Shown: piece after piece, positions 1-8,965 of the stretch
Position numbering within the stretch: the first letter of the stretch is position 1
How the letters are laid out: every line of letters starts with the position of its first letter
Origin: a bacterium
Lineage (GTDB): Bacteria; Krumholzibacteriota; Krumholzibacteriia; G020349025
Assembly (NCBI GenBank): GCA_031362565.1
Contig: JANLSU010000019.1
Location: 1-41,549 of the forward strand
Reading direction: 5' to 3'
Length of the DNA: 41,549 nucleotides
Made by a program: the position numbers and the translations under genes
Notes under the pieces: model-generated
Database searches by the model: none
What the model was told of the DNA's origin: nothing
The model's input: only the letters and a program-made list of their open reading frames with translations

Positions 1-140
1 GCCCCGACCACTTCGTGCAACGTGATCGAACCCGGATCGCCCAGCACCTCACACGCAGACTCCGCGATCTCGGCTACGAAGTCACGATCCAGGAGGCCGC
101 TTGAAAGAACCCCACCCCGCGGGGGGAGTTTCTAGGTAGC
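1..140 (+). mobile_element. 3' end of an IS110-family insertion sequence (right boundary approximate)
   Basis: Frame 3..104 reads PDHFVQRDRTRIAQHLTRRLRDLGYEVTIQEAA*, resembling the C-terminal tail (..RRLxxLGYxVT..AA) of a common IS110 transposase subgroup. A short non-coding end follows. Confidence 0.65.
3..104 (+). CDS. IS110-family transposase, C-terminal fragment (truncated by the window edge)
   Basis: Translated by hand (not in the ORF track); stop TGA at 102-104; LGYEVT motif. Confidence 0.65.
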   Translation, partial: PDHFVQRDRTRIAQHLTRRLRDLGYEVTIQEAA

Positions 141-144
141 AGGC

Positions 145-171
145 GGGGGTCGCACACCTCCGAAGACCCCC
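145..171. repeat. Inverted repeat GGGGGTC-N13-GACCCCC (REP-like hairpin or terminator)
   Basis: Perfect 7-bp arms at 145-151 and 165-171, between the IS end and the stop of the convergent ABM gene. Confidence 0.5.
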
Positions 172-180
172 ACGACCCAG

Positions 181-516
181 CTACGCCCCCGGAAAACCGT
201 AGGCGCGTTCGACTTTGCAAATGTGCAGTTGGAAGTTCGCGTACCAGCGGGCGCGCCCTTGCGCCTGCGCGACACGGTGCTCGGCGTTGTGGTGCCAGGC
301 GCGAATGTCGTCTTCCGTCCGCCAGTACGACACGGTGATTCCGAAGCCGTCCGGTCCGCGGACCGTGTCGATTCCCAAGTACCCGGGTTGTTCGGCAGCG
401 AGTTCCGCCATGCGATCGGCCATGGCACCGTAACCGGCGTCATCGACGGGAGTGCGGCGGTTTGCGAAGACCACCGCGTAGTACGGTGGCTCTGGAAGAC
501 ACGCGGCATCGGTCAT
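181..516 (-). CDS. Antibiotic biosynthesis monooxygenase (ABM) family protein
   Basis: MTDAACLPEPPYYAVVF..YGAMADRMAELAAEQPGYLG..GITVSYW..HRVAQAQGRARWY; GGAGG RBS upstream of ATG 516. Confidence 0.85.
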   Translation of the reverse strand: MTDAACLPEPPYYAVVFANRRTPVDDAGYGAMADRMAELAAEQPGYLGIDTVRGPDGFGITVSYWRTEDDIRAWHHNAEHRVAQAQGRARWYANFQLHICKVERAYGFPGA

Positions 517-544
517 ACTAGCCTCCGTCGCTGGGCATGGAGTT

Positions 545-1690
545 TTACGCCGGGCCTGGCGTGTCGCGATCTTGCGGGTAGGTTCCCAGTACTCGCAGTT
601 CGGAAACATGCGTTCGGACCTCGTCCAACGCGGCGACGACCGGCGCCGAGTGGGCGTGGCCTTCGACGTCCAGGTAGAATCGGTACTCCCACGCATGGCC
701 CAAAATCGGCCGCGATTCGATCTTGGTGAGGTTGACCTGGCGCGCCCCGAACGCATGCAACACATGGCCGAGCGCCCCCGGCTGGTGGCCGAGCCGCAGC
801 ACAATCGAGGTCTTGCACGGGGCGCCCGCCGGGCACGGCACCGCTTCGCGCGCGACTTCGACGAAGCGCGTGTAGTTGCCGGCCTGGGTCTGAATGCCAC
901 GCGCCAGAATATCGAGCCCGTACACCGTCGCGGCGGATTCACTGGCGATTGCGGCCGCCGTCTTGTCGTGTCCCTCTTTCACCTTGCGGGCGGCGCCCGC
1001 GGTATCGAACTCGGCCACCGGCTTCAACCACGGGTGCTGCTGCAAGAAGTCTTCGCACTGCAAGAGTCCTTGCGGATGCGACATGACGCTCCGCAACTCC
1101 TCCAGCTTGGTGCCCGGCAGTGCCAACAAACAATGCTCGATGTGGCTGATGACTTCGGCGGTGATCGTCAGGCCGCCCTCGGACAGGAGATCGTACGTTT
1201 CGTTGATGCTCCCCGCCGTCGTGTTCTCGATCGGCAGGAGTGCCAAGTCGGCCGAGCCGCTCCGTACGGTTGCGACCGCAGCACCGAACGTCGCATGGCC
1301 GGTGAGCAGCACCCCGCCTTCGCGGCCGGCGTAGCGCCGTTGTGCGGCGAGATGGCTGTTGGATCCCTCGACGCCCTGATAGGCAACGCGCAACGGTGCA
1401 GTGGTACGGCTCCGCACGTGGTCTTGCTGGCGCGCGATCGACATCTCCATGATGTCGCGGTACAACTTCTCGACAGAATGTGGGTCCAACCCGCCTTCGG
1501 CGGCGAGGCGGCGGACCCGGTCGAGCACCTGTTGCTCGCGCGCCTGGTCGCGAAACGGCGCCGCCGATTCGAGCTTGGCGGCGGCGATCTCCGCCGCGAG
1601 GTCCATGCGCTTACGCAGTTGCGCAAGGATTTCCCGGTCCACAGCCTCGATGGCCTCGCGGATCCGCTGCATGTCGATTGGCGTCTCCAT
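545..1690 (-). CDS. pheA: Bifunctional chorismate mutase / prephenate dehydratase (P-protein)
   Basis: N-terminal CM_2 (IREAIEAVDREIL..K..D..RE), PDT (VAYQGVEGS, LPIENTTAGSI, SHPQGLLQC, NYTRF) and ACT domain (VNLTKIESRP, FYLDVEG). Start placed at METPIDMQ. Confidence 0.92.
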   Translation of the reverse strand: METPIDMQRIREAIEAVDREILAQLRKRMDLAAEIAAAKLESAAPFRDQAREQQVLDRVRRLAAEGGLDPHSVEKLYRDIMEMSIARQQDHVRSRTTAPLRVAYQGVEGSNSHLAAQRRYAGREGGVLLTGHATFGAAVATVRSGSADLALLPIENTTAGSINETYDLLSEGGLTITAEVISHIEHCLLALPGTKLEELRSVMSHPQGLLQCEDFLQQHPWLKPVAEFDTAGAARKVKEGHDKTAAAIASESAATVYGLDILARGIQTQAGNYTRFVEVAREAVPCPAGAPCKTSIVLRLGHQPGALGHVLHAFGARQVNLTKIESRPILGHAWEYRFYLDVEGHAHSAPVVAALDEVRTHVSELRVLGTYPQDRDTPGPA

Positions 1691-1896
1691 CGGCGATGGC
1701 TCCCCGGCGCTTGGCGCCGCGATCCAAGCATACGCGACGCCGCGGCGATCGTGTAATTTCCGACCTTCGAGCGCGCCCAGGAGTGGTGGGCCTCGGAGCC
1801 GCCATCCTAGCGGACCGTTGTCCGGCGGCAAACCCTTCGGGTATGCTGGCGCGCCAGGATCTTCCATGCAACCTTGGCCCCCGGGGGAAACGCGCG

Positions 1897-3117
1897 ATGC
1901 CGTTTTTCATCCAAGATCAAAAGCTCGCGCTCGACCGTTTGCACGCCAACGACCCACAGCACGACGATGTCGTGGGATTTCTCTCCGGCCCTTTCGATCG
2001 ATTCCTGACCGAACGCATCGCACCCGACGCGGCGCGCCAGGACAACGAAGAGTGGTTCGACGAAGCGGCATTCCGGGCCTTGGGTGACACCGGCTTCATG
2101 GCGCTGGCGTTCGGCGAAGACGTCGGCGGACTCGGCGCGCCGTTCAGCTATGCAATCGCCGGGCTCGAATCGCTTGCCAAGGCGAACGCCGGATTCGCCC
2201 TCGGCGCCGCCATCCACGGCACGTGCAGTGACGGCATCTACCGCTTCGGGAGCCCGGAGCTGGTGCAAAAATACGTCCCGGCATTGGTGACCGGCCGCAA
2301 GATCGGTTGCTTCGGCCTCACCGAGCCGGACAGCGGCAGCGATGCCAAAGCCATGCGCACCTCGTTTCGCGAGGAGCACGACGCCTACGTGTTGAACGGC
2401 AGCAAATACTGGATCACAAATGCGCCGTCGGCCGATGTGTTCTTCATCATGGCGCGGGACGTGAACGCTCCAGATCAAATTTCGGCGTTCGCGATCGAGC
2501 GCGAATGGCCGGGCAACTTCGAAGTCGCGCTCATCAAGGACAAGATGGGGGTGCGGGCCTCGAATACGGCGATGCTCGTCTTCGAGGAATACCGCGTCCC
2601 CAAGAACCAACTCGTCGGCGAACGTGGCCGTGGCTTCACGTATGCCATGCACATGCTGAACGGCGGGCGCATCACCATCGGCGCTTGGGCGACGGGCGTC
2701 GCGCAATCCGCTTACGAGAAGCTGTTGAAGTACGCGCACGAGCGCAAGCTGTTCGGCAAACGCCTCGTGGACCTGGACAACACCAAGCGCGAACTGTCCG
2801 AAATGCTCATTGGCATTCATGCCGGACGCGCCCTCACCTACGGTGCGGCGCTCGACAAGTCGCGCGGGCGCGAAGTGGCGCGCGAAGCCGCCATCGCCAA
2901 GGTCGCGGCCAGCGAGCACGCGGTGTTCTGCGGCGAGCGGGCGATCGAAATCTCCGGTGGCTACGGCTACGCGCGCGAATCGCGGATCGAGCGCCATTTG
3001 CGCGATGCGCTGTTGGCACGCATCGGCGAGGGTGCCAACGAACTCCTCAAGATCATGGTCATCCCGCGGGCTATCGAGCAGATGTTCGAGCTGGAAGGCA
3101 CCCCCGACCTCTGGTAG
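1897..3117 (+). CDS. Acyl-CoA dehydrogenase
   Basis: GCFGLTEPDSGSDA, LNGSKYWITN, KMGVRAS, LNGGRI, GGYGY..IERHLRD, IGEGANE motifs. Confidence 0.93.
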   Translation: MPFFIQDQKLALDRLHANDPQHDDVVGFLSGPFDRFLTERIAPDAARQDNEEWFDEAAFRALGDTGFMALAFGEDVGGLGAPFSYAIAGLESLAKANAGFALGAAIHGTCSDGIYRFGSPELVQKYVPALVTGRKIGCFGLTEPDSGSDAKAMRTSFREEHDAYVLNGSKYWITNAPSADVFFIMARDVNAPDQISAFAIEREWPGNFEVALIKDKMGVRASNTAMLVFEEYRVPKNQLVGERGRGFTYAMHMLNGGRITIGAWATGVAQSAYEKLLKYAHERKLFGKRLVDLDNTKRELSEMLIGIHAGRALTYGAALDKSRGREVAREAAIAKVAASEHAVFCGERAIEISGGYGYARESRIERHLRDALLARIGEGANELLKIMVIPRAIEQMFELEGTPDLW

Positions 3118-3284
3118 GCCACTCCCTCCCTTTCCCCGTTTATGGCCGCGGTGTCGCTCGTTCGATACACCGCCAGGCACCAAACGCGCCGCGATCCGGC
3201 GCCGGGAGAGCCACCCGGAACCGCCGTTTGATCCTGCAATGTCTACGGTTACACAGCCGGGGCCGGGCGACACCCAAAACCGGC

Positions 3285-4085
3285 ATGGAAGCTGCCATCG
3301 AGTGCATTGGACGGCAAACGGAGGCACCGGTGTTTCAACGTTTCCCCAGCCTCGCCAACCGGTGCGCCGCCCAAGCCCTAGGGTTCTGCGCCCTGGTCGT
3401 GGTTCTCCCCAGTGGAGGCACGGCCCAGACCCTGGGGCTTGGGATGCCGCGTCATCCGGCATTCCCGATCCCGAGCGCTGCTGAGTTCTGCAGCCGGCGC
3501 AATCTCGAGTTTGCGACCATCGGCACGGCCGCGACCCTGCTCGCCTTCCAGCACGACAATCCGGATCGCATGGAAACGGCTCTCGAACGCGCCCCCGGGG
3601 AAGCCGGCAGCGATTGGGGCAATCTCTACGGCAACGGATTGTTTCTCGGCGCGAGCACGGCCGCTTTGTGGACGGCCGGACGCTGGACGGGCAACGCCAA
3701 CACGATGGGTGCGGCGCAGGACCTCGGAACCGCTCTCGCCCTGAATGGTGCCGTCGTGTTGGCGCTCAAGGCGAGCATCCGCCGCACGCGTCCGAATGGC
3801 GGCTCGTATTCGTTCCCTTCGGGCCACACGTCATCCGCATTCACGGTCGCGCCGATTCTCACCAAGCGTTTCGGCTGGAAGGTGGGCGCACCGGCCTACG
3901 CTTTTGCCGTAATGACGGGCATGGGACGCATGGAAGATCGCCAGCACTTCGCATCCGACGTGCTGGCCGGAGCGACACTCGGCCTCGTCGTCGGCGAGAC
4001 CTTCGCGCACCGCGGCGGCAACTCACGCCTACCCCAGCATTTCTACATGGGCAAACGCGGCCTGGGCCTGCGCTTCGGTTTCTGA
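3285..4085 (+). CDS. PAP2-family phosphatase (start uncertain)
   Basis: Three PAP2 motifs: KASIRRTRP, SFPSGH, RMEDRQHFASDVLAG. Confidence 0.85.
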   Translation: MEAAIECIGRQTEAPVFQRFPSLANRCAAQALGFCALVVVLPSGGTAQTLGLGMPRHPAFPIPSAAEFCSRRNLEFATIGTAATLLAFQHDNPDRMETALERAPGEAGSDWGNLYGNGLFLGASTAALWTAGRWTGNANTMGAAQDLGTALALNGAVVLALKASIRRTRPNGGSYSFPSGHTSSAFTVAPILTKRFGWKVGAPAYAFAVMTGMGRMEDRQHFASDVLAGATLGLVVGETFAHRGGNSRLPQHFYMGKRGLGLRFGF

Positions 4086-4086
4086 T

Positions 4087-4812
4087 TCAGGCACTACGCT
4101 TCAAACGTTTGCCGCGCTGTTCACTGCGATGGCCGCGGCGGTCTTCACGCCGGAAACGCTTCTTCTTGGTAGCCGAACCGAAGATTTCGCTCCACTTGCC
4201 GTTCTTCCAAACGATCTGGTAGCCGCCGGCGAGAATTTGGAACGGCCGCTTGACCTTGCCAAGTTGGTCGAACTTGACGGAATTGGGTTTGCGAAAGCCC
4301 TCGAAGTACGACGGGTAGACGAAGTCGCTCATCGGAATCCCGTTGACGTTGAAGCTGAGAGCCTCGACGGGATCGGCGCTTTCGTACGCATACACCGTCT
4401 TCGGGTCCGGGCCGGTGGTCATCATGTTGATGGCCGGATCGACCAGCATTTCGACCAGCTCGTGGGATGCCGAGACGCTCACCTTGTCGCCATTCTCGAT
4501 CGTCGTGCGCACGAACACCTTCGAAAGCGGCAACCCGGACGGCGTGAGATCGTGATAGGCGAGGGCATTCGCCTCATCCGAGTCGTCCAGGAACGCGACG
4601 GCCCAGGCGCCCGCCACGAAATCCTTCGACTTGACGAGTTTGGCGGGGGTGCCCCACACCGGCGCGACGTACTGGTCGACATACGCCTGCAGGGCAGCAA
4701 TCAGCTTGTTGAAGTCGACACCGAGCGGCGTTGTGGCTTGATTGAAGCACGCGATCGTCGGCGTCCCGCCCTGGTTGAACGCTGCACGAACATGTACGTT
4801 TCGTTTCTTCAC
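4087..4812 (-). CDS. Conserved hypothetical protein with zincin-like YH / HELVE..DP / E..D motif set
   Basis: Codon usage like neighbouring genes; GGAGGGG RBS before GTG; ALAYHD, SASHELVEMLVDP, YESADPVE; basic C-terminus. Confidence 0.75.
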   Translation of the reverse strand: MKKRNVHVRAAFNQGGTPTIACFNQATTPLGVDFNKLIAALQAYVDQYVAPVWGTPAKLVKSKDFVAGAWAVAFLDDSDEANALAYHDLTPSGLPLSKVFVRTTIENGDKVSVSASHELVEMLVDPAINMMTTGPDPKTVYAYESADPVEALSFNVNGIPMSDFVYPSYFEGFRKPNSVKFDQLGKVKRPFQILAGGYQIVWKNGKWSEIFGSATKKKRFRREDRRGHRSEQRGKRLKRSA

Positions 4813-4831
4813 AACGTCCCCTCCACCGCAA

Positions 4832-6517
4832 TCATCTCGCGCCCAGGTGCGAACCGACGGCCGCCAGCGCGGCCTTGCGCGCCGCCTCGAATTCGTCGCC
4901 CGGGTTCCATTGCGGCAACGCAGTCGTCTGCGCGACCGACAGGCCGCACATGAATCCGACCCGCGAATCCTCGACCGCGCCTTCCAGGTTCCAGGTCGCG
5001 GTCATTTGATCGCTCGGTTGGTGGTAGCTGACGGCTTCCCACTTTTCCTGCTGCTCCTTACCCCAACCGGCGGGCTTGCCCAGCACTTCGACTCCGGTGT
5101 CGAAGTACAACGCCGGCACACCGATGCGCGCAAAATTGAATTGATCCGAGCGATAGAAGTGGCCGCGGTCGGGAAACTGGTCCGGCACTACGACACGGCC
5201 TTGCGTCGCGGCCGCCGCATCGGCCACCGCATCGAGCGACGATTTCCCTTTGCCGATCAGCACCAGATCGTGGGTGCGGCCCCAGATGCTGGCGCCGTCG
5301 TAGTTGATGTTGGCGGCGATCCGTCCCGGCTCGAAGGTCGGATGCTTCGAATAGAACTCCGAACCCAAGAGGCCCGACTCTTCAGTGCCGACTGCCGCGA
5401 ACAGAATCGAGCGCCGCGGCGGTTGCGGCAGCGCCTTGAAGGCGCGCGCGATGGCCAGCATTTGTGCCACGCCCGAGGCATTGTCGAGCGCGCCATTGTA
5501 GATCTTGTCGCCGGTCGAATCGGGCTCGCCCACACCCAGGTGATCGTGGTGCGCGGTGTAAACCACAACTTCGTTGGTGAGCTGCGGATCGCTGCCGCGG
5601 AGCAGGCCCAGCACATTGGCCGTAGCGCGCCGGCTGATGGTGTTCGGAAATTCGAACGTCGTCTGCACGCCAAGCGCCACCGGCTTGAAGGCCTTCGACT
5701 TGGCACTCTCCACCAGTTTGGCGAGATCGGCGCCGCCGAGATGCGCCAGCTTGCGTGCCGCTTCCTCGGTGATCCAGCCCTTCACCTGCATGCGCGGCTC
5801 GGGACCCGCCGGCAATTCGAACTGCTCGCCGGTCCACGAGCTCTGCACGACTTGCCACGGATAGCCCGCCGACGGCGTCGTGTGAATGACGATGGCTCCC
5901 ACCGCACCGTGCCGTGCCGCGTTCTCGTACTTGTAATCCCAGCGCCCGTAGTAGAGGCGCATGGTGCCCGCGAAGAGTTTGGGATCCCAGTCGGGGTCGT
6001 TGTTGACAAGCACGACGACCTTGCCCCGCACGTCCGTCTTGTAGTCGTCCCAACCGTATTCGGGTGCGGTCATACCGTAGCCGACGAAAACCACCTCGGC
6101 GTCGCGCAACGCAATGTGTTCTTTCTGCTCGGCGCCGACCGCAATGAACTCGTTCCAATAGGCCAGGTCGAGTCCGCCACTCTTGCCTTTGAAAGCCCAA
6201 GTCTTGGGCACTTGCGACGTAATGCCCACGATGTCGAACGGCTGCTGCCACTGGCCGCCGGGGGCGCCTGGCTCGAGGCCGAGTTGCTCCATGCAGCTCG
6301 CAATATAGGCGCGCGCCAATTCGTCGCCGCGCGTCGCCGCACCGCGCCCCTCGAGCAGGTCACTGGACAGGAAGCGCACCGTGCCGGCAATCGCACCGGT
6401 GGTGATTTGCTGGGCGGCAGGGTCCGCGCCGGCTGGAAGAGCGAGCGGTTGTGCGAGCGCGGCGGATGCAATGCACGCCGCGCCGGCAGCAATGACGATT
6501 CCTCGAGTGACCCACAT
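4832..6517 (-). CDS. Secreted M28-family aminopeptidase with PA domain
   Basis: Signal peptide (MWVTRG..SAALA); LSSDLLEGRG, YTAHHDHLG, NGALDNASG, EESGLLGS, RSDQFNF, YHQPSD. Confidence 0.92.
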   Translation of the reverse strand: MWVTRGIVIAAGAACIASAALAQPLALPAGADPAAQQITTGAIAGTVRFLSSDLLEGRGAATRGDELARAYIASCMEQLGLEPGAPGGQWQQPFDIVGITSQVPKTWAFKGKSGGLDLAYWNEFIAVGAEQKEHIALRDAEVVFVGYGMTAPEYGWDDYKTDVRGKVVVLVNNDPDWDPKLFAGTMRLYYGRWDYKYENAARHGAVGAIVIHTTPSAGYPWQVVQSSWTGEQFELPAGPEPRMQVKGWITEEAARKLAHLGGADLAKLVESAKSKAFKPVALGVQTTFEFPNTISRRATANVLGLLRGSDPQLTNEVVVYTAHHDHLGVGEPDSTGDKIYNGALDNASGVAQMLAIARAFKALPQPPRRSILFAAVGTEESGLLGSEFYSKHPTFEPGRIAANINYDGASIWGRTHDLVLIGKGKSSLDAVADAAAATQGRVVVPDQFPDRGHFYRSDQFNFARIGVPALYFDTGVEVLGKPAGWGKEQQEKWEAVSYHQPSDQMTATWNLEGAVEDSRVGFMCGLSVAQTTALPQWNPGDEFEAARKAALAAVGSHLGAR

Positions 6518-6646
6518 CGATTCGATTCCTTGGTGGCTTGAAGGTGATTCGTGGAAACCGGCCAAAAAAACTGTTGGCGCCGGGCACGAGCCCTTGGGGC
6601 GCCGGCGCAGTATAGTGGAGCCGCGATCACCGTGCATGCGTCGCGA

Positions 6647-8965
6647 TCACGCGCCCCGGGCGGGTTTGCGGCCTTGACCTGGGGCGGGGTCGCGGTACGG
6701 GGCGAGAAATAATGCGCCGAGCGGCGGCAGCGTCAACTCGATCGACTGCGCATGACCTTGGGCCGCAACCGGTGTCGAAGGAATGGTGCGGCGCTGGACC
6801 GTGCCGCTCCCCCCGTACTTCACGGCGTCGCTGTCCAGGAGCACGCGGTACGAACCGGCCTCCGGCACCCCCATGCGATACGCTTCCCATGGCACCGGCG
6901 TCCAGTTGATGGCGACGACCGCCAAGTCGCGGGGATCGATGCCGCGACGCAGAAAACACACCACACTGCGTGATTCATCCCGCGCCTCGATCCACTCGAA
7001 GCCGGCGGGTGCGAAATCCACCTCGTGAAGTGCCGGGGTGCGCTTGTACAACCGGTTCAGGTCGCGCGCGAAGGCCTGCAGCGCCGCGTGCCCCGGGTCC
7101 TGCAGCAACTCCCAATCGAGTTGCCGTTCGTGACTCCACTCGCGCTTCTGGCCGATCTCGCCGCCCATGAACAAGAGCTTTTTGCCGGGATGGGCGAACA
7201 TGTAACCGAGCAGCGCCCGCAACGTCGCGCGCTTCTTCCATTCGTCACCCGGCATCTTGCCCCACAGGGAGCGCTTGCCGTGCACTACTTCGTCGTGTGA
7301 CAGCGGCAAGATGAAATTCTCGCTGAAGGCGTACATGATCGAGAACGTGAGCTTGTTGTGGTGGTGCTTGCGCGCCAGCGGGTCTTCCTTGACATACTGC
7401 AGCGTGTCGTTCATCCAGCCCATGTTCCACTTGAGGTCGAACCCCAGGCCGCCTTTTGCCACCGGGCGCGACACGCCCGGCCAGGTCGTCGACTCTTCGG
7501 CGAACGTCAGTACGCCGGGCACTTGCTGGTGCACGAGTTCGTTGAAGCGGCGCACGAAAGCCACCGCCTCGAGATTCTCCGGGCCGCCGAGTACGTTCGG
7601 TTCCCACTCGCCGTCCTTGCGCGAGTAGTTGAGATAGAGCATCGACGCCACCGCGTCGACACGCATTCCGTCCAGGTGCATTTCCTCGAGCCAATAGAGG
7701 GCGCTCGAGAGCAGAAACTCGACCACTTGCTTGCAGCCGTAGTCGTAGATGAGCGTGCCCCAGTCCTGGTGCTCTCCTTTGCGCGGGTCGGCGTATTCGT
7801 AGAGATGGGTGCCGTCGAAGAATCCGAGGCCATGGCCATCGCGCGGGAAATGCGCCGGCACCCAGTCCAGGATGACGCCCAGGCCGGCGCGATGCGCCGC
7901 GTCCACGAAGAACTTGAAGTCTTCGGGCGTACCAAAGCGCGATGTCGGCGCGAAATAGCCGACGGTTTGATAGCCCCAGGAGCCATCGAGCGGGTGCTCG
8001 GTGATGGGCAGCAACTCGAGGTGCGTGTAGCCCATTCGCTTCGCGTAGGGCACCAGGGTCCGCGCCAGTTCGCGGTACGTCAACCAGCGCCCGGCGTCGG
8101 TGCGGCCGGTCTCGCGGCCGGCGGCTGCCCGGGCGCGCGCCGGCTTGCGAGTGGACGCCGCACTCTCCGCGTCCGGTGCGCGCATCCACGATCCGAGATG
8201 CACTTCGTAGATCGAAATCGGCGCGCTGGGGGCTTGGCGCGCGGTGCGCTCGCGCCGCCATTTGTCGTCATGCCAGCGGAATGGCCGGCGCCGGTCCCAA
8301 ACGATCGACGCGGTGTTCGGCCGCTGTTCCATGTAAAAACCGACCGGATCGGTGCGCACGCTGTTGGCGTTCTGGAGCCGGGTCTTGATGTGATACTTGT
8401 AGAGTTCACCGGACTCGAGGCCGGGAACGAACAACTCCCAGATGCCGCTCGTGCCGCGCAGGCGCATGGGATGCGCGCGCTCGTCCCAGCGGTTGAACCC
8501 ACCGATCACGCTGACACGTTTGGCGTTCGGCGCCCAGACCGCGAACGACACGCCGCGATGGCCCACATGCTTGATGACTTGCGCGCCGATCCGAGCGTGC
8601 AATTGATAGTGCGTGCCTTCCTGGAACAAGTGCAGGTCGAGATCACCCAGCACGGGCGGCAAGGCGTAGGGATCCTCGAAATGCTGCGCCGCGCCGTCCG
8701 CATACTTCGCCACCAGTGTGTACTCGAACGCGGTGTCGACGCCTGGGAAAACGACCTCGAAGAAACCCGCCGGGTGGACGCGTTTCATTGCATCTTCGGT
8801 GCGCCCACGCACGACGGACAACGAGCGGGCCCGCGGCACGAAGGCGCGAATAACCAGCACCGGCTGGCCCTCGACGCGCAGCACATGCGGACCCAAGACC
8901 TCGAAAGGCTGCCCGTGTTCGCCGGCAACGATCAGATCGACATCGAGCGATGCCGCCACATTCAC
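6647..8965 (-). CDS. glgB: 1,4-alpha-glucan (glycogen) branching enzyme, GH13
   Basis: FAVWAPNA, IYEVHLGSW, SWGYQ, LDWVPAHF, DGMRVDAVASM, AEESTTW, KWNMGWMND, LSHDEVVHGK. GTG start overlaps the upstream stop (GTGA). Confidence 0.95.
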   Translation of the reverse strand: MNVAASLDVDLIVAGEHGQPFEVLGPHVLRVEGQPVLVIRAFVPRARSLSVVRGRTEDAMKRVHPAGFFEVVFPGVDTAFEYTLVAKYADGAAQHFEDPYALPPVLGDLDLHLFQEGTHYQLHARIGAQVIKHVGHRGVSFAVWAPNAKRVSVIGGFNRWDERAHPMRLRGTSGIWELFVPGLESGELYKYHIKTRLQNANSVRTDPVGFYMEQRPNTASIVWDRRRPFRWHDDKWRRERTARQAPSAPISIYEVHLGSWMRAPDAESAASTRKPARARAAAGRETGRTDAGRWLTYRELARTLVPYAKRMGYTHLELLPITEHPLDGSWGYQTVGYFAPTSRFGTPEDFKFFVDAAHRAGLGVILDWVPAHFPRDGHGLGFFDGTHLYEYADPRKGEHQDWGTLIYDYGCKQVVEFLLSSALYWLEEMHLDGMRVDAVASMLYLNYSRKDGEWEPNVLGGPENLEAVAFVRRFNELVHQQVPGVLTFAEESTTWPGVSRPVAKGGLGFDLKWNMGWMNDTLQYVKEDPLARKHHHNKLTFSIMYAFSENFILPLSHDEVVHGKRSLWGKMPGDEWKKRATLRALLGYMFAHPGKKLLFMGGEIGQKREWSHERQLDWELLQDPGHAALQAFARDLNRLYKRTPALHEVDFAPAGFEWIEARDESRSVVCFLRRGIDPRDLAVVAINWTPVPWEAYRMGVPEAGSYRVLLDSDAVKYGGSGTVQRRTIPSTPVAAQGHAQSIELTLPPLGALFLAPYRDPAPGQGRKPARGA

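Noticed and set aside
517..942. N-terminal extension of the ABM ORF (253 aa)
   Set aside because: Overlaps pheA in another frame; a good RBS precedes ATG 516.
1691..1896. Possible riboswitch or attenuator between pheA and the acyl-CoA dehydrogenase
   Set aside because: No Phe-rich leader peptide, T-box or complete riboswitch consensus seen; only divergent TATGCT -10-like hexamers. An Rfam scan would settle it.
2307..3284. N-terminal extension of the PAP2 ORF (592 aa)
   Set aside because: Off-frame overlap with the acyl-CoA dehydrogenase; not a fusion.
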